Notes: generated by a model from the sequence alone, not told the origin. 32,000 nt of DNA from Synechococcus sp. A15-28 (GCF_014280175.1 NZ_CP047931.1:1230001-1262000), one strand, 5' to 3'; positions 17,632 through 26,068 are shown, counted from the first letter of the stretch. Translations and numbers: made by a program.

Positions 17632-17733
17632 TCAGAGGAAGTCGAAGTTGTCCTCATCATCCTCATCTTCATTGGACTGGATCCACAAAGCCGCCACAGG
17701 GAAGATCAAACATCTCGCAAGAAGAATTTCCAT
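17632..17733 (-). CDS. Tiny ORF (33 aa) with hydrophobic N-terminus and acidic tail
   Basis: MEILLARCLIFPVAALWIQSNEDEDDEDNFDFL read directly. Confidence 0.3.
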   Translation of the reverse strand: MEILLARCLIFPVAALWIQSNEDEDDEDNFDFL

Positions 17734-18124
17734 CAACCAGAAAAGCTTTGAACACTAAAAACCCAATTAACTGCTTCAAGGATGTCGGTCACAACCAACC
17801 CCTTAATCACTCAACATGGTTGCGGATGATTCAAACCCTTCCGATTAAGCAGATTCACTTAAACGGCCTGCAACGAATCATCCGATACGTTTTTATGATC
17901 GATCAAAACAGATGATTGAAATATTCATTCAACGCTTCAACCGATGGAACTGATTGCACTGGCCATCATCGTTGGCATCAGCGGAGGCCTTGCCGCCCGC
18001 TTGACCCCACGCAAATGCTGAACCATGTACACCCTCACCGCTGCCCTTGTGACCGCTGGGTTTATCGGCTTGTTCAGTCCAATCATTGCCCTGTTCTGAG
18101 TCATCCACATCCAGCAGAAGAGGC

Positions 18125-18544
18125 TTAGAACCGTCCTTGCACAAGACGAAAGTCCCAATCCGTGAATGGAGCTCGCAGCTTCACCAACTCCTGATACGCG
18201 GGGCTTTTGTAAAAATCGATGCCGTCCTGGAGGGTCTTGCCCTTGCAGGCAGTCACCACCGTCAAGGGACCTCCATCACCTTCCATCAGCAAGGTGTTGC
18301 GCTGGCGAACGAGATACTCACAGCCCCACTCCTCCATCAGGGCATCCACCTTTTCGATGTAGCCCTTCATGGCTGGTTCGGCCTTGGTGGTTCCAGTCAC
18401 AACTGCCATGCCGTAATTCTGCTGAGGCTTCGGGATCAGCACCCCGGCAATCAGCCCAATCGATCCGGCTGCGATGCCGACAACGGCCGTGAGGTTGAAA
18501 CGCATCGGATCAATCAGCAGTGTTCCGTCATCATCGCTGGCCAA
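18125..18544 (-). CDS. DUF1330 family protein with N-terminal transmembrane segment
   Basis: LLMEGDGGPLTVVTACKGKTLQDGIDFYKSPAYQELVKLR is DUF1330-like; hydrophobic N-terminus LTAVVGIAAGSIGLIAGVLI. Confidence 0.65.
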   Translation of the reverse strand: MASDDDGTLLIDPMRFNLTAVVGIAAGSIGLIAGVLIPKPQQNYGMAVVTGTTKAEPAMKGYIEKVDALMEEWGCEYLVRQRNTLLMEGDGGPLTVVTACKGKTLQDGIDFYKSPAYQELVKLRAPFTDWDFRLVQGRF

Positions 18545-18934
18545 TCACCGGTGCCGTAGCCAACGAAAGCTGGGCACTGCTCCTGCACTGGACCGAGTGA
18601 GCGCCAACAACAATGCACCAATCAGGGCCACGTTCATGAAGAAGCCGCTATCCACCGGAAACGTGTGAAAAAGCAGCGTGGTGGGCACGAGAAACACCAG
18701 CAGCAGCGACGCCCCGAGCCGGGTGTTCGTTCCAAAAACAAAAACAACCGATCCGAAGATCAAACAGGTGATGGCACTGGCCAGGAGACATCCAGCCAAG
18801 GGTTCGGCGATCCCTTTTGAAGCGATCACATCAACCGTTCCGCTGAAATCCGTCACTTTTCCGGGAACGGCTTTGACAAACAACGCAGCCATTAAAACTC
18901 GCCCGAGCCAATCGAGCAGGAGCTGAGAGGTCAT
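18545..18934 (-). CDS. DoxX-like membrane protein
   Basis: LLLDWLGRVLMAALFVKAVPGKVTDFSGTVDVIASKGIAEPLAGCLLASAITCLIFGSV...NVALIGALLLAL. Confidence 0.75.
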   Translation of the reverse strand: MTSQLLLDWLGRVLMAALFVKAVPGKVTDFSGTVDVIASKGIAEPLAGCLLASAITCLIFGSVVFVFGTNTRLGASLLLVFLVPTTLLFHTFPVDSGFFMNVALIGALLLALTRSSAGAVPSFRWLRHR

Positions 18935-19128
18935 GTCCAGTTTTTCCAGATAAAACGCTCATCCCAATCTCCCCTGACGGCCCGGATGAATGCATCCTCC
19001 GACTCATCGGTCATGAAGCAATACGCAATCACCTTGTTGTCGTCGTCTTTGATCGCCAGAACATCATCCGACGGCGGTGACGTGGCTGACGAGAAAATTT
19101 TGCCGTCTCTCAGGATGAAGCGATGCAT
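18931..19128 (-). CDS. Small hypothetical protein (65 aa), overlaps the downstream DoxX start by 4 nt
   Basis: MHRFILRDGKIFSSATSPPSDDVLAIKDDDNKVIAYCFMTDESEDAFIRAVRGDWDERFIWKNWT. Confidence 0.5.
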   Translation of the reverse strand: MHRFILRDGKIFSSATSPPSDDVLAIKDDDNKVIAYCFMTDESEDAFIRAVRGDWDERFIWKNWT

Positions 19129-19277
19129 CGTCTTCAGACGGGGATTTCTTCAACCTAGCCACGCAAATCCAACGTAAATGTGACGACTCAAACCAAAGCA
19201 TTCGTCATGGCGCCCTGTCAGAGCTGGACAACGTGATACTGGGGGACTAAGACAGAAATGTCGTCACCACGACGCAG

Positions 19278-19336
19278 CGTTCACTTCGCTTTCTGCGGAG
19301 CGCAGCTCGACTCAGGCCATGGAACGGGGGTCTGGG
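19278..19336 (+). promoter_or_regulatory. Candidate glutamine-II / Downstream-peptide riboswitch (copy 1)
   Basis: CGTTC(19278-19282)/GAACG(19322-19326) P1; CTTCGC-TTTCT-GCGGAG P2; CTCAGG(19311-19316) can pair with TCTGGG(19331-19336). GCGCAG.TCGACTCAGGCCATGGAACGGG is shared with copy 2. Confidence 0.75.
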
Positions 19337-19355
19337 CTTGCTTCCCTTGGATGCG

Positions 19356-19532
19356 ATGACAACAATGGTTTGGAACGGATCAGCTTTTGGCCCTCAGGAT
19401 CGTGAGGCCGCCAAACGTGAGGCGCTGGTACGGCGTCTTGAGTCAGCCTTAGCAGGTCCTGATGGGCAGCACTCGGCCCAGTACTGCGGCACGGCATACC
19501 TGCGCCGAAACGGCTTTTCGGCTCTGCGCTGA
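19356..19532 (+). CDS. Small hypothetical protein downstream of the riboswitch-like element (58 aa)
   Basis: MTTMVWNGSAFGPQDREAAKREALVRRLESALAGPDGQHSAQYCGTAYLRRNGFSALR; ATG 20 nt after the element. The longer track ORF uses an upstream TTG. Confidence 0.6.
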   Translation: MTTMVWNGSAFGPQDREAAKREALVRRLESALAGPDGQHSAQYCGTAYLRRNGFSALR

Positions 19533-19588
19533 CCGATCAGGCCGCAGTGATGCTTTCAATAGCATCAGCGGATCGCTGGTTCGACCCC

Positions 19589-21268
19589 ATGCCCACCGTC
19601 GCGCACAGTTTTGAGGACTTCAGCCAGCGGATCGACTACTCACTGCTGAAAGCGCTGAAGCCTGATCCTGAAGCCACAGCGGACGGCAATGACCACCGCC
19701 CCAGGCCGGTGTTCTCAGGCCACTGGGTGCCGGTGAAGCCCACACCCATTCCGGATCCGAAATACGTCGCCCACAGCTTCCGTTTGTTCGCGGAACTTGG
19801 TCTCAGCGATGACCTCGCCCACAACGCCGACTTCACCCGGCTCTTCTCCGGTGATGCATCGGTGGCAACCGACCCGATGCACCCGTGGGGGTGGGCCACC
19901 GGCTATGCCCTGTCGATCTACGGCACGGAATACATCCAGCAGTGCCCCTTCGGCACCGGCAACGGCTACGGCGACGGCCGGGCGATGTCGATCGTTGAGG
20001 GGGTTTTTGAGGGCCAGCGCTGGGAGATGCAACTGAAGGGCGGCGGCCCGACCCCCTACTGCCGTGGGGCCGATGGCCGGGCCGTACTCCGCTCCAGCGT
20101 GCGCGAATTTCTGGCCCAGGAGTTCATGCATGCCCTCGGCGTTCCCACCTCCCGTTCACTGGCGCTGTATCGCTCCGAAGCCGAAACGGTGCGACGCCCC
20201 TGGTACTCGGACCAGTCACGCTCCTTTGATCCCGACGTGATGGTCGACAACCAGGCCGCCATCAGCACTCGGGTGGCGCCGTCGTTTCTGCGGGTGGGGC
20301 AGATCGAGCTGTTCGCACGCCGCGCACGCGACAACGCCCATCCCGATGCCCAGGAGGAACTGCGGCTGATAGTGCAGCACCTGATCGACCGCAACTACCG
20401 CACCGAGATTGACGCCGCCCTGCCCTTCCATCAGCAGGTGCTGGAGCTGGCGCGTCTGTTCCGCAGTCGACTCACGGCCCTGGTCGCCAACTGGATGCGC
20501 GTCGGCTACTGCCAGGGCAACTTCAACAGCGACAACTGCGCAGCCGGCGGTTACACCCTCGACTACGGCCCCTTCGGCTTCTGCGAATTGTTCGACCCCC
20601 GCTTCCAACCCTGGACCGGTGGTGGGGCCCACTTCTCCTTCTTCAATCAGCCGACAGCAGCGGAGGCCAACTACCGGATGTTCTGGCGATCCCTGCGCAC
20701 TCTGCTGGAGGGGGATGACGCAGCCCAGCGCGAGCTCGATCTACTCAACGAAGGGTTTGCAGTGGCCATGCAGCAGCAACTGGAGGCGATGTGGGCCAGC
20801 AAGCTGGCACTCCCCGCCTACGACGAAGCCCTGGTGACCGAGCTGTTGCAGCTGTTGGTGGCCGCCAAGGCCGACTACATCAAGGCCTTCCGCCTGCTCT
20901 CGGCCATTCCCGAGCGGGTCGCCGAGTTGCACGCGAGTTTCTACCTGCCCTGTTCCGAAGACCTGGATCAACGCTGGCAGACCTGGCTGCAACGCTGGCG
21001 CGAGCGGATCACCGCCAACGGCAACCTGGAGGAGACGTCTGCGGCCATGCGGCGCGTCAACCCCGCCATCACCTGGCGGGAATGGCTGATCGCCCCCGCC
21101 TATCAACAGGCGGAGCTGGGCGACAACAGCCTGGTGCTGGAACTGCAGACCCTGTTCAGCAACCCCTACAGCGACCCCTCCCCTGAACTGGCGGCCCGCT
21201 ACGACCAACTCAGGCCGCAGCAGTTCTTCAGCGCCGGCGGCATCTCTCACTACAGCTGTTCGTCCTGA
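19589..21268 (+). CDS. selO: SelO/YdiU family protein adenylyltransferase (start could be as far upstream as 19547)
   Basis: HSFRLFAELGL...FSGD, QQCPFGTGNGYGDGRAMSI, QLKGGGPTPYCRGADGRAVLRSSVREFLAQEFMHALGVPTSRSLAL, NFNSDNCAAGGYTLDYGPFGFCE. Confidence 0.93.
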   Translation: MPTVAHSFEDFSQRIDYSLLKALKPDPEATADGNDHRPRPVFSGHWVPVKPTPIPDPKYVAHSFRLFAELGLSDDLAHNADFTRLFSGDASVATDPMHPWGWATGYALSIYGTEYIQQCPFGTGNGYGDGRAMSIVEGVFEGQRWEMQLKGGGPTPYCRGADGRAVLRSSVREFLAQEFMHALGVPTSRSLALYRSEAETVRRPWYSDQSRSFDPDVMVDNQAAISTRVAPSFLRVGQIELFARRARDNAHPDAQEELRLIVQHLIDRNYRTEIDAALPFHQQVLELARLFRSRLTALVANWMRVGYCQGNFNSDNCAAGGYTLDYGPFGFCELFDPRFQPWTGGGAHFSFFNQPTAAEANYRMFWRSLRTLLEGDDAAQRELDLLNEGFAVAMQQQLEAMWASKLALPAYDEALVTELLQLLVAAKADYIKAFRLLSAIPERVAELHASFYLPCSEDLDQRWQTWLQRWRERITANGNLEETSAAMRRVNPAITWREWLIAPAYQQAELGDNSLVLELQTLFSNPYSDPSPELAARYDQLRPQQFFSAGGISHYSCSS

Positions 21269-21270
21269 AC

Positions 21271-21762
21271 GTGACAGCTTGGGGGCGCCCCACACCACGG
21301 CAACGGCTGATGACCGCCAGCTCGATCCAGCCCCAGCAGACGCACCGGAGCAACCCGGTGCAAGGCGTCTGGAGCCTTATCTCCTACGTGGTGGAGGTGC
21401 AGGGAACCGGTGAAACCTTTGCGCCGATGGGAGAGCAGCCCACGGGTTATGTGATCTTCACGGCCGAAGGTCGGTTGTCCTTCACCCTGTCAGCCCAGGG
21501 GCGCCAGCCCGCGACCACCGCTGAAGAACAATCCCATCTGCTCAACAGCATGATTGCCTACACCGGCAGCTACCGGTTGGAGGGGGATCGCTGGATCACC
21601 CAGGTTGATGTGGCCTGGAATCCCTCCTGGGTCGGCACGGAGCAGACCCGTTTTTACCGGGTGGAGAACGATCAGTTGATCGTCAGCACCCCATGGCGGG
21701 TGATGCCCAACTGGCCGGAGAAGGGAATGACCCGCAGCATCGTGCGCTTTCAGCGCTGTTGA
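21271..21762 (+). CDS. Lipocalin-like domain protein (start probably internal to this ORF)
   Basis: VQGVWSLISYVVEVQGTGETFAPMGEQPTGYVIFTAEGRLSF ... YTGSYRLEGDRWITQVDVAWNPSWVGTEQTRFYRVENDQLIVSTP. Confidence 0.8.
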   Translation: MTAWGRPTPRQRLMTASSIQPQQTHRSNPVQGVWSLISYVVEVQGTGETFAPMGEQPTGYVIFTAEGRLSFTLSAQGRQPATTAEEQSHLLNSMIAYTGSYRLEGDRWITQVDVAWNPSWVGTEQTRFYRVENDQLIVSTPWRVMPNWPEKGMTRSIVRFQRC

Positions 21763-21779
21763 TCGATCCGAGCTGATCC

Positions 21780-22283
21780 ATGCACGAGGCAATCCTCGAC
21801 TTCTGGTTCGAGCAGTGCCGACCTTGGCAGTGGTTTCGCCGCAGCGAGGCGTTCGATCTGGAGGTTCGCTGGCGGTTCGGTGCGCTGGTGGAACAGGCCC
21901 TGGCTGGCGGCCTGCACAGCTGGGAGGCGGAGCCGTCATCGTGCCTGGCCCTGGTGCTGCTGCTGGATCAGTTCAGCCGCCAGCTCTGGCGGGGCGAGGC
22001 CCGGGCCTTTGTCGGTGATGAACAGGCGCTGCGGTTGAGCCAGCGGGCCCAAGCGCTGGGGTGGATCACCTTGGAACCGCAACGGGCCAGACGCCAGTTC
22101 TGGCTGATGCCGATGCTGCACAGCGAGAACGCTGTCGTGGTGCAGCGGGCGATCCCACTGCTGCAGATCCACGTGGACCAGGCCACGGCGGACCTGGCCC
22201 AGCACAACCTCGATCAGCCGCAACGCTTCGGGCGCTACCCCTGGCGGGACCGGGCCCGGGGAAGTGAGCAGAATCACCCCTGA
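21780..22283 (+). CDS. DUF924 family protein, apparently shortened at the C-terminus
   Basis: AILDFWFEQCRPWQWF, FDLEVRWRFGALVEQAL, SCLALVLLLDQFSRQLWRGEARAF; ends RFGRYPWRDRARGSEQNHP. Confidence 0.82.
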   Translation: MHEAILDFWFEQCRPWQWFRRSEAFDLEVRWRFGALVEQALAGGLHSWEAEPSSCLALVLLLDQFSRQLWRGEARAFVGDEQALRLSQRAQALGWITLEPQRARRQFWLMPMLHSENAVVVQRAIPLLQIHVDQATADLAQHNLDQPQRFGRYPWRDRARGSEQNHP

Positions 22284-22336
22284 CAGGCCACACCACCCTT
22301 GCTAGAACCAGTACACCTGTACCACAAAGGCATGGC

Positions 22337-22636
22337 ATGGCTCTGGCAAGCAAGGAAGCACCGCCGTTCCTCGGCTTCAAGGCTGGAGACCTGGTCCTCG
22401 TTGAGCCGCTCGCAAGCGACACCTGTGCTGGCAGCGAATGGTGGATGGGCTGGATCATCCATGTGGATGGAGGAGCACGAGATCCGCGCGTGCCGACGTT
22501 GTTCCAGGTCGCTGACTGCGATACAGGCCTTGTGCGCTGGATCAGTGCCGACGAAGCGACCCGACTGGTGCTGAGCGGCCTGGAAACCAGCAACGTGGTG
22601 GACTTCACATCGGAGCGCCACAAGCGCGTGTCGTGA
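22337..22636 (+). CDS. DUF3104 domain protein
   Basis: FLGFKAGDLVLVEPLASDTCAGSEWWMGWIIHVDGGARDPRVPTLFQVADCDTGLVRWISAD. Confidence 0.75.
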   Translation: MALASKEAPPFLGFKAGDLVLVEPLASDTCAGSEWWMGWIIHVDGGARDPRVPTLFQVADCDTGLVRWISADEATRLVLSGLETSNVVDFTSERHKRVS

Positions 22637-22700
22637 GCTCTGAACAAACTGCACAAAACCGCGTGCACACATGTTTTGATAACGCCAATTCAGTATTGCG

Positions 22701-22913
22701 ATGGCAAGATATTTACTGCGAGATGGCAACAAGATTTCCGCCAGTATTGACCCTCGCACGTTGGATGCGTACAGCTACAAAGACAAGCAGGGCAATGTTG
22801 TCAATGCCCTGCTATCTGCACGCGCTGAACGTCAACTTCTGAACGCCATCCCCATGCCATCGCTGCCGATTGCCGCACGCATGCAGAGGGCGATGGGTCG
22901 CATCAGCGCCTGA
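22701..22913 (+). CDS. Small hypothetical protein (70 aa)
   Basis: MARYLLRDGNKISASIDPRTLDAYSYKDKQGNVVNALLSARAERQLLNAIPMPSLPIAARMQRAMGRISA. Confidence 0.55.
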   Translation: MARYLLRDGNKISASIDPRTLDAYSYKDKQGNVVNALLSARAERQLLNAIPMPSLPIAARMQRAMGRISA

Positions 22914-22922
22914 AGGCTGGGT

Positions 22923-23408
22923 TCACTTGATCCACTCCGTGGTCGGCAGACCTTCCACAGACGCCACCATCACCCAAACAACTGTGGGGGTGTCTCCCTT
23001 GTTCTCTACAAAGTGGGGTTCTGAGGCACCTTCAGTGAAGCTCTCGCCGGGCTTGAACACGCTGCTCACCTCGCTGCCATCCGGCTGCACACGGGTGTTG
23101 AGCAGTTCACCGGAATCGGTGGCCTGCATATACACCAGCATAGGGGCAGGGTGGGTGTGCAAGGGGATCTTGCCTCCCGAAGGGAGCTCAACGCGGAACA
23201 GACGCAATTCCGGCTTGCCCTCGGGGTATTGCAGATCGGTCCCGTTCAGGGTCTTGCTGCCGCTGAAGATCGCTTCGATCTTGGCGTCCGTCGATGGGGC
23301 GTCCGTGGAAGCCTGATCAGTGGAGCTTGTTGACCCGCCGGCGCAGCCAACAACACCCAGCATCAACAGGGCTGACGCCGCCATTGATGGAAAAGCTGTC
23401 TTCAGCAT
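22923..23408 (-). CDS. Cupin-domain lipoprotein
   Basis: Lipobox-like LMLGVVGC; cupin motif LRLFRVELPSGGKIPLHTHPAPMLVYMQATDSGEL...FTEGASEPHFVENKGDTPTVVWVM. Confidence 0.85.
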   Translation of the reverse strand: MLKTAFPSMAASALLMLGVVGCAGGSTSSTDQASTDAPSTDAKIEAIFSGSKTLNGTDLQYPEGKPELRLFRVELPSGGKIPLHTHPAPMLVYMQATDSGELLNTRVQPDGSEVSSVFKPGESFTEGASEPHFVENKGDTPTVVWVMVASVEGLPTTEWIK

Positions 23409-23452
23409 GAGCCGGAACGGGGTTGGAGATGCCTGCAGTGTGCCGCGAATTC

Positions 23453-23677
23453 TCAGGCCACCCAGCGGTCCGCATCCATGATCCGCTTGATCAGCAACCC
23501 GAGTCGCTTGACCTCGTCGAAATTCACGTTCTTCACCGCCTGATCCAGACCACTGTCAATCCAGGCCCCATCACGTTTCTCGTAGATCGTGAAGTCCTGA
23601 TCCAGGCGCTCACGCCGGATGCAGTAGGTGACGCCGTCGTCATGGAGAAAATCGGCGGAGTGCAACTGCAGGGCCAT
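23453..23677 (-). CDS. Small hypothetical protein (74 aa)
   Basis: MALQLHSADFLHDDGVTYCIRRERLDQDFTIYEKRDGAWIDSGLDQAVKNVNFDEVKRLGLLIKRIMDADRWVA. Confidence 0.55.
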   Translation of the reverse strand: MALQLHSADFLHDDGVTYCIRRERLDQDFTIYEKRDGAWIDSGLDQAVKNVNFDEVKRLGLLIKRIMDADRWVA

Positions 23678-23740
23678 CGATCGGTGCCGTCACTCCCGTA
23701 ATCCTGGCAATAGCTTGATCGCAACCACGCACCTGGATCC

Positions 23741-24985
23741 ATGACGGCCGCAGCCTTGCCCAACACAGGTGCGGTGACAGGCCTTGGCGAGACACTGGCC
23801 TTTTTTCGCGATCCATCCTTCAGCCAGCGCCGCTTCAGTGAGCTGGGAGACGTGTTCGAAACCAAGCTGCTGGCCCAGAGCATCGTGTTCATCCGCGGCG
23901 AACGCGCCATCGGAGACCTCCTGAAGCAGGAAGACTCCCTTCAAGGCTGGTGGCCGGACAGCGTGCGGCAGCTGCTGGGGAGCAAGTCTCTCGCCAACCG
24001 CAGCGGTGCGGACCACAAAGCGCGTCGCCGCGTGGTGGGACAGCTGTTCTCCAGTGCTGCCCTCAGCCGTTACACCCCACAGATCGAAGCCCTGGTCGAC
24101 GACCTTGCTGATGAGCTGCAGCACACTGATGGGCCGGTTCCCCTGGCAGCGCGGATGCGCCGCTTCGCCTTCTCGGTGATCGCCACAACGGTGTTGGGGT
24201 TGGACAACGCAAACCGCGACGCCCTGTTCACCGATTTCGAGATCTGGACGCGCGCCCTGTTTTCAATCCCCCTCGCCCTGCCAGGGACGCCCTTCGCCCG
24301 CGCCCTTGCCGCTCGGCAACGCCTCCTGGCACGACTGAAGACCGTGCTGCAGACCAGCAACGTCGAAAGGAAAGGTGGCCTTGATCTGCTCAGCGGCGGA
24401 CTGGATGAAGCGGGACTCCCGCTTGATGACGACGATCTTGTTGAACAACTGCTGCTGCTGCTCTTCGCCGGCTACGAAACCACCGCATCCTCATTGAGCT
24501 GCCTGTTCCGGGCGCTGCTGCTGAACCCGGAGGTGGAGCACTGGCTGATGCAGGATCTGAACAGCCACGAACGTCCGTCAAGGCTGGATGCCACCGTCCT
24601 GGAAGTGATGCGGATGACTCCGCCGGTGGGCGGCTTCTTCCGGAGAAACACCCAGTCGATCGAGCTGGCGGATGTGGCGATTCCCCAGGGACGCGTAATT
24701 CAGGTGGTGCTGAGCTCCTCGAGTGCGACGGACCAGACCGACCTGGAGGCCTTCCGGCCGCAGCGTCATCTGGATGGTTCGTTCCAGCAGACCCTGCTGC
24801 CCTTCGGTGGGGGTGAACGGGTGTGCCTGGGGAAAGCCTTGGCGGAACTGGAGATCCGGCTGATGGCGACGGGGCTGCTGCAACGCGTTCAGTTGCAACT
24901 GGAGCCCGATCAGGATCTCAGCCTTCAGTTGATTCCAAGCCCGACGCCTCGCGATGGACTTCTGGTGACGGCAACAGCCCGTTGA
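23741..24985 (+). CDS. Cytochrome P450, CYP120-like
   Basis: I-helix LLLLLFAGYETTASSLSCLF, heme loop LLPFGGGERVCLGKALAELEIRLMA; overall resembles cyanobacterial CYP120. Confidence 0.93.
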   Translation: MTAAALPNTGAVTGLGETLAFFRDPSFSQRRFSELGDVFETKLLAQSIVFIRGERAIGDLLKQEDSLQGWWPDSVRQLLGSKSLANRSGADHKARRRVVGQLFSSAALSRYTPQIEALVDDLADELQHTDGPVPLAARMRRFAFSVIATTVLGLDNANRDALFTDFEIWTRALFSIPLALPGTPFARALAARQRLLARLKTVLQTSNVERKGGLDLLSGGLDEAGLPLDDDDLVEQLLLLLFAGYETTASSLSCLFRALLLNPEVEHWLMQDLNSHERPSRLDATVLEVMRMTPPVGGFFRRNTQSIELADVAIPQGRVIQVVLSSSSATDQTDLEAFRPQRHLDGSFQQTLLPFGGGERVCLGKALAELEIRLMATGLLQRVQLQLEPDQDLSLQLIPSPTPRDGLLVTATAR

Positions 24986-24995
24986 ACCGAAGTGT

Positions 24996-25148
24996 TCACT
25001 CCTTCCTGGACGGCTTGATCCATTCACCGGTCTTCACGGAGACCACAGCGAAACTCCCCACAAACACAAGCGCAAACACCACCAGTACGGCCGCGGTGAG
25101 GTTGCTGATCTCCAGCTCACCGAGCATGAAGGCCAATGGTTCAGGCAT
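24996..25148 (-). CDS. Small single-pass membrane protein (50 aa)
   Basis: MPEPLAFMLGELEISNLTAAVLVVFALVFVGSFAVVSVKTGEWIKPSRKE; below track cutoff. Confidence 0.6.
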   Translation of the reverse strand: MPEPLAFMLGELEISNLTAAVLVVFALVFVGSFAVVSVKTGEWIKPSRKE

Positions 25149-25172
25149 CGCAACCTCGACGGAAGCGAGAGC

Positions 25173-25424
25173 CTAAAGCTGCGGTGTGATCGCGTCGTTG
25201 GGGAAGAACTCCTCAAACACACAGATGCGATCTGCCCAGCGCATCTCCACTTCAAAACGCATGAGGCGCTGACGGACCCACATCAAGGTGTCGACATCAA
25301 TGGGTTTGTGGACCTTCAGCTTCTGGGCTCTGACCCAGTCGTCCTTGTTCTGAGGGGGGTTCATCTCATCAACCAATCGTTCCCATAACGTAAGGATGTT
25401 GCTCAACGGCGCCGTCAACGTCAT
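25173..25424 (-). CDS. Hypothetical protein (83 aa)
   Basis: MTLTAPLSNILTLWERLVDEMNPPQNKDDWVRAQKLKVHKPIDVDTLMWVRQRLMRFEVEMRWADRICVFEEFFPNDAITPQL. Confidence 0.5.
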   Translation of the reverse strand: MTLTAPLSNILTLWERLVDEMNPPQNKDDWVRAQKLKVHKPIDVDTLMWVRQRLMRFEVEMRWADRICVFEEFFPNDAITPQL

Positions 25425-25837
25425 CTTCCGTAAGCATCAAGCGACACAGAATTCGGCCAGAAGTGTTCGTCTGATCATCATCTTCAGAGAATCTTTGAGT
25501 CCACAGCCCCGAGCGATGGCCGTCGAAACCTCCATTTCGTCGCCATTGCAGCAGTCCAGGGGGTGCACGGAGGAGGAAATTGTTGAAAACACGCCCTCAC
25601 AACCATGCCGTTAACACCATTAACAGCCATATCGAACGATAAAAAAACAAAACCTGCTCTTCTCCCACGCCCTCTTCGTCCGGATGCAGATCGTCCGACA
25701 GGACAACGCATCGAGACCAGCTGGATGGAACTCCGCCAGGACTATTCAGGGCTTGGTTGAGGCCATTTCCACGCCAAAATCGTGTTGTGTAGCGGCACGA
25801 ACGACACAGCCGAAGACAGAGCCTGTAGAACTGTGAT

Positions 25838-25851
25838 GTAGCAACTGCTAC
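25838..25851. promoter_or_regulatory. NtcA-type box GTA-N8-TAC
   Basis: GTAGCAACTGCTAC: perfect palindrome with exact GTAN8TAC spacing, 7 nt upstream of the copy-2 riboswitch-like element. Confidence 0.5.
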
Positions 25852-25858
25852 AGCATCA

Positions 25859-25917
25859 CGTTCACCTCACCTCCGGTGAGGCGCAGTTCGACTCAGGCCA
25901 TGGAACGGGGACCTGAG
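25859..25917 (+). promoter_or_regulatory. Candidate glutamine-II / Downstream-peptide riboswitch (copy 2)
   Basis: CGTTC(25859-25863)/GAACG(25903-25907); P2 CCTCAC-CTCCG-GTGAGG; CTCAGG(25892-25897) perfectly complementary to CCTGAG(25912-25917); followed by a 34-codon ORF. Confidence 0.8.
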
Positions 25918-25937
25918 CTTGCTTCGAGGAACCCATC

Positions 25938-26042
25938 ATGACCCTGACCTATCGCGGCCAGAAGTACGTGCAGAACAACGCTGCTGCCCAAAACAGCAAG
26001 CGTTCTGTTTTGGTGTATCGCGGTCACAAAGTGGCTCAGTAA
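25938..26042 (+). CDS. DUF4278-like peptide (34 aa)
   Basis: MTLTYRGQKYVQNNAAAQNSKRSVLVYRGHKVAQ; matches the short 'L.YRG..Y' DUF4278-type pattern. Confidence 0.75.
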   Translation: MTLTYRGQKYVQNNAAAQNSKRSVLVYRGHKVAQ

Positions 26043-26068
26043 GCCCCATCGTTGATGTGGCTGACTTT

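Noticed and set aside
17520-17915. 131-aa + strand ORF
   Set aside because: No domain or plausible protein composition; crosses an AT-rich intergenic region.
19174-19187. GTAAATGTGACGAC as an NtcA box upstream of riboswitch-like copy 1
   Set aside because: Mismatch in the right half-site (GAC) and no -10-like sequence at the expected distance.
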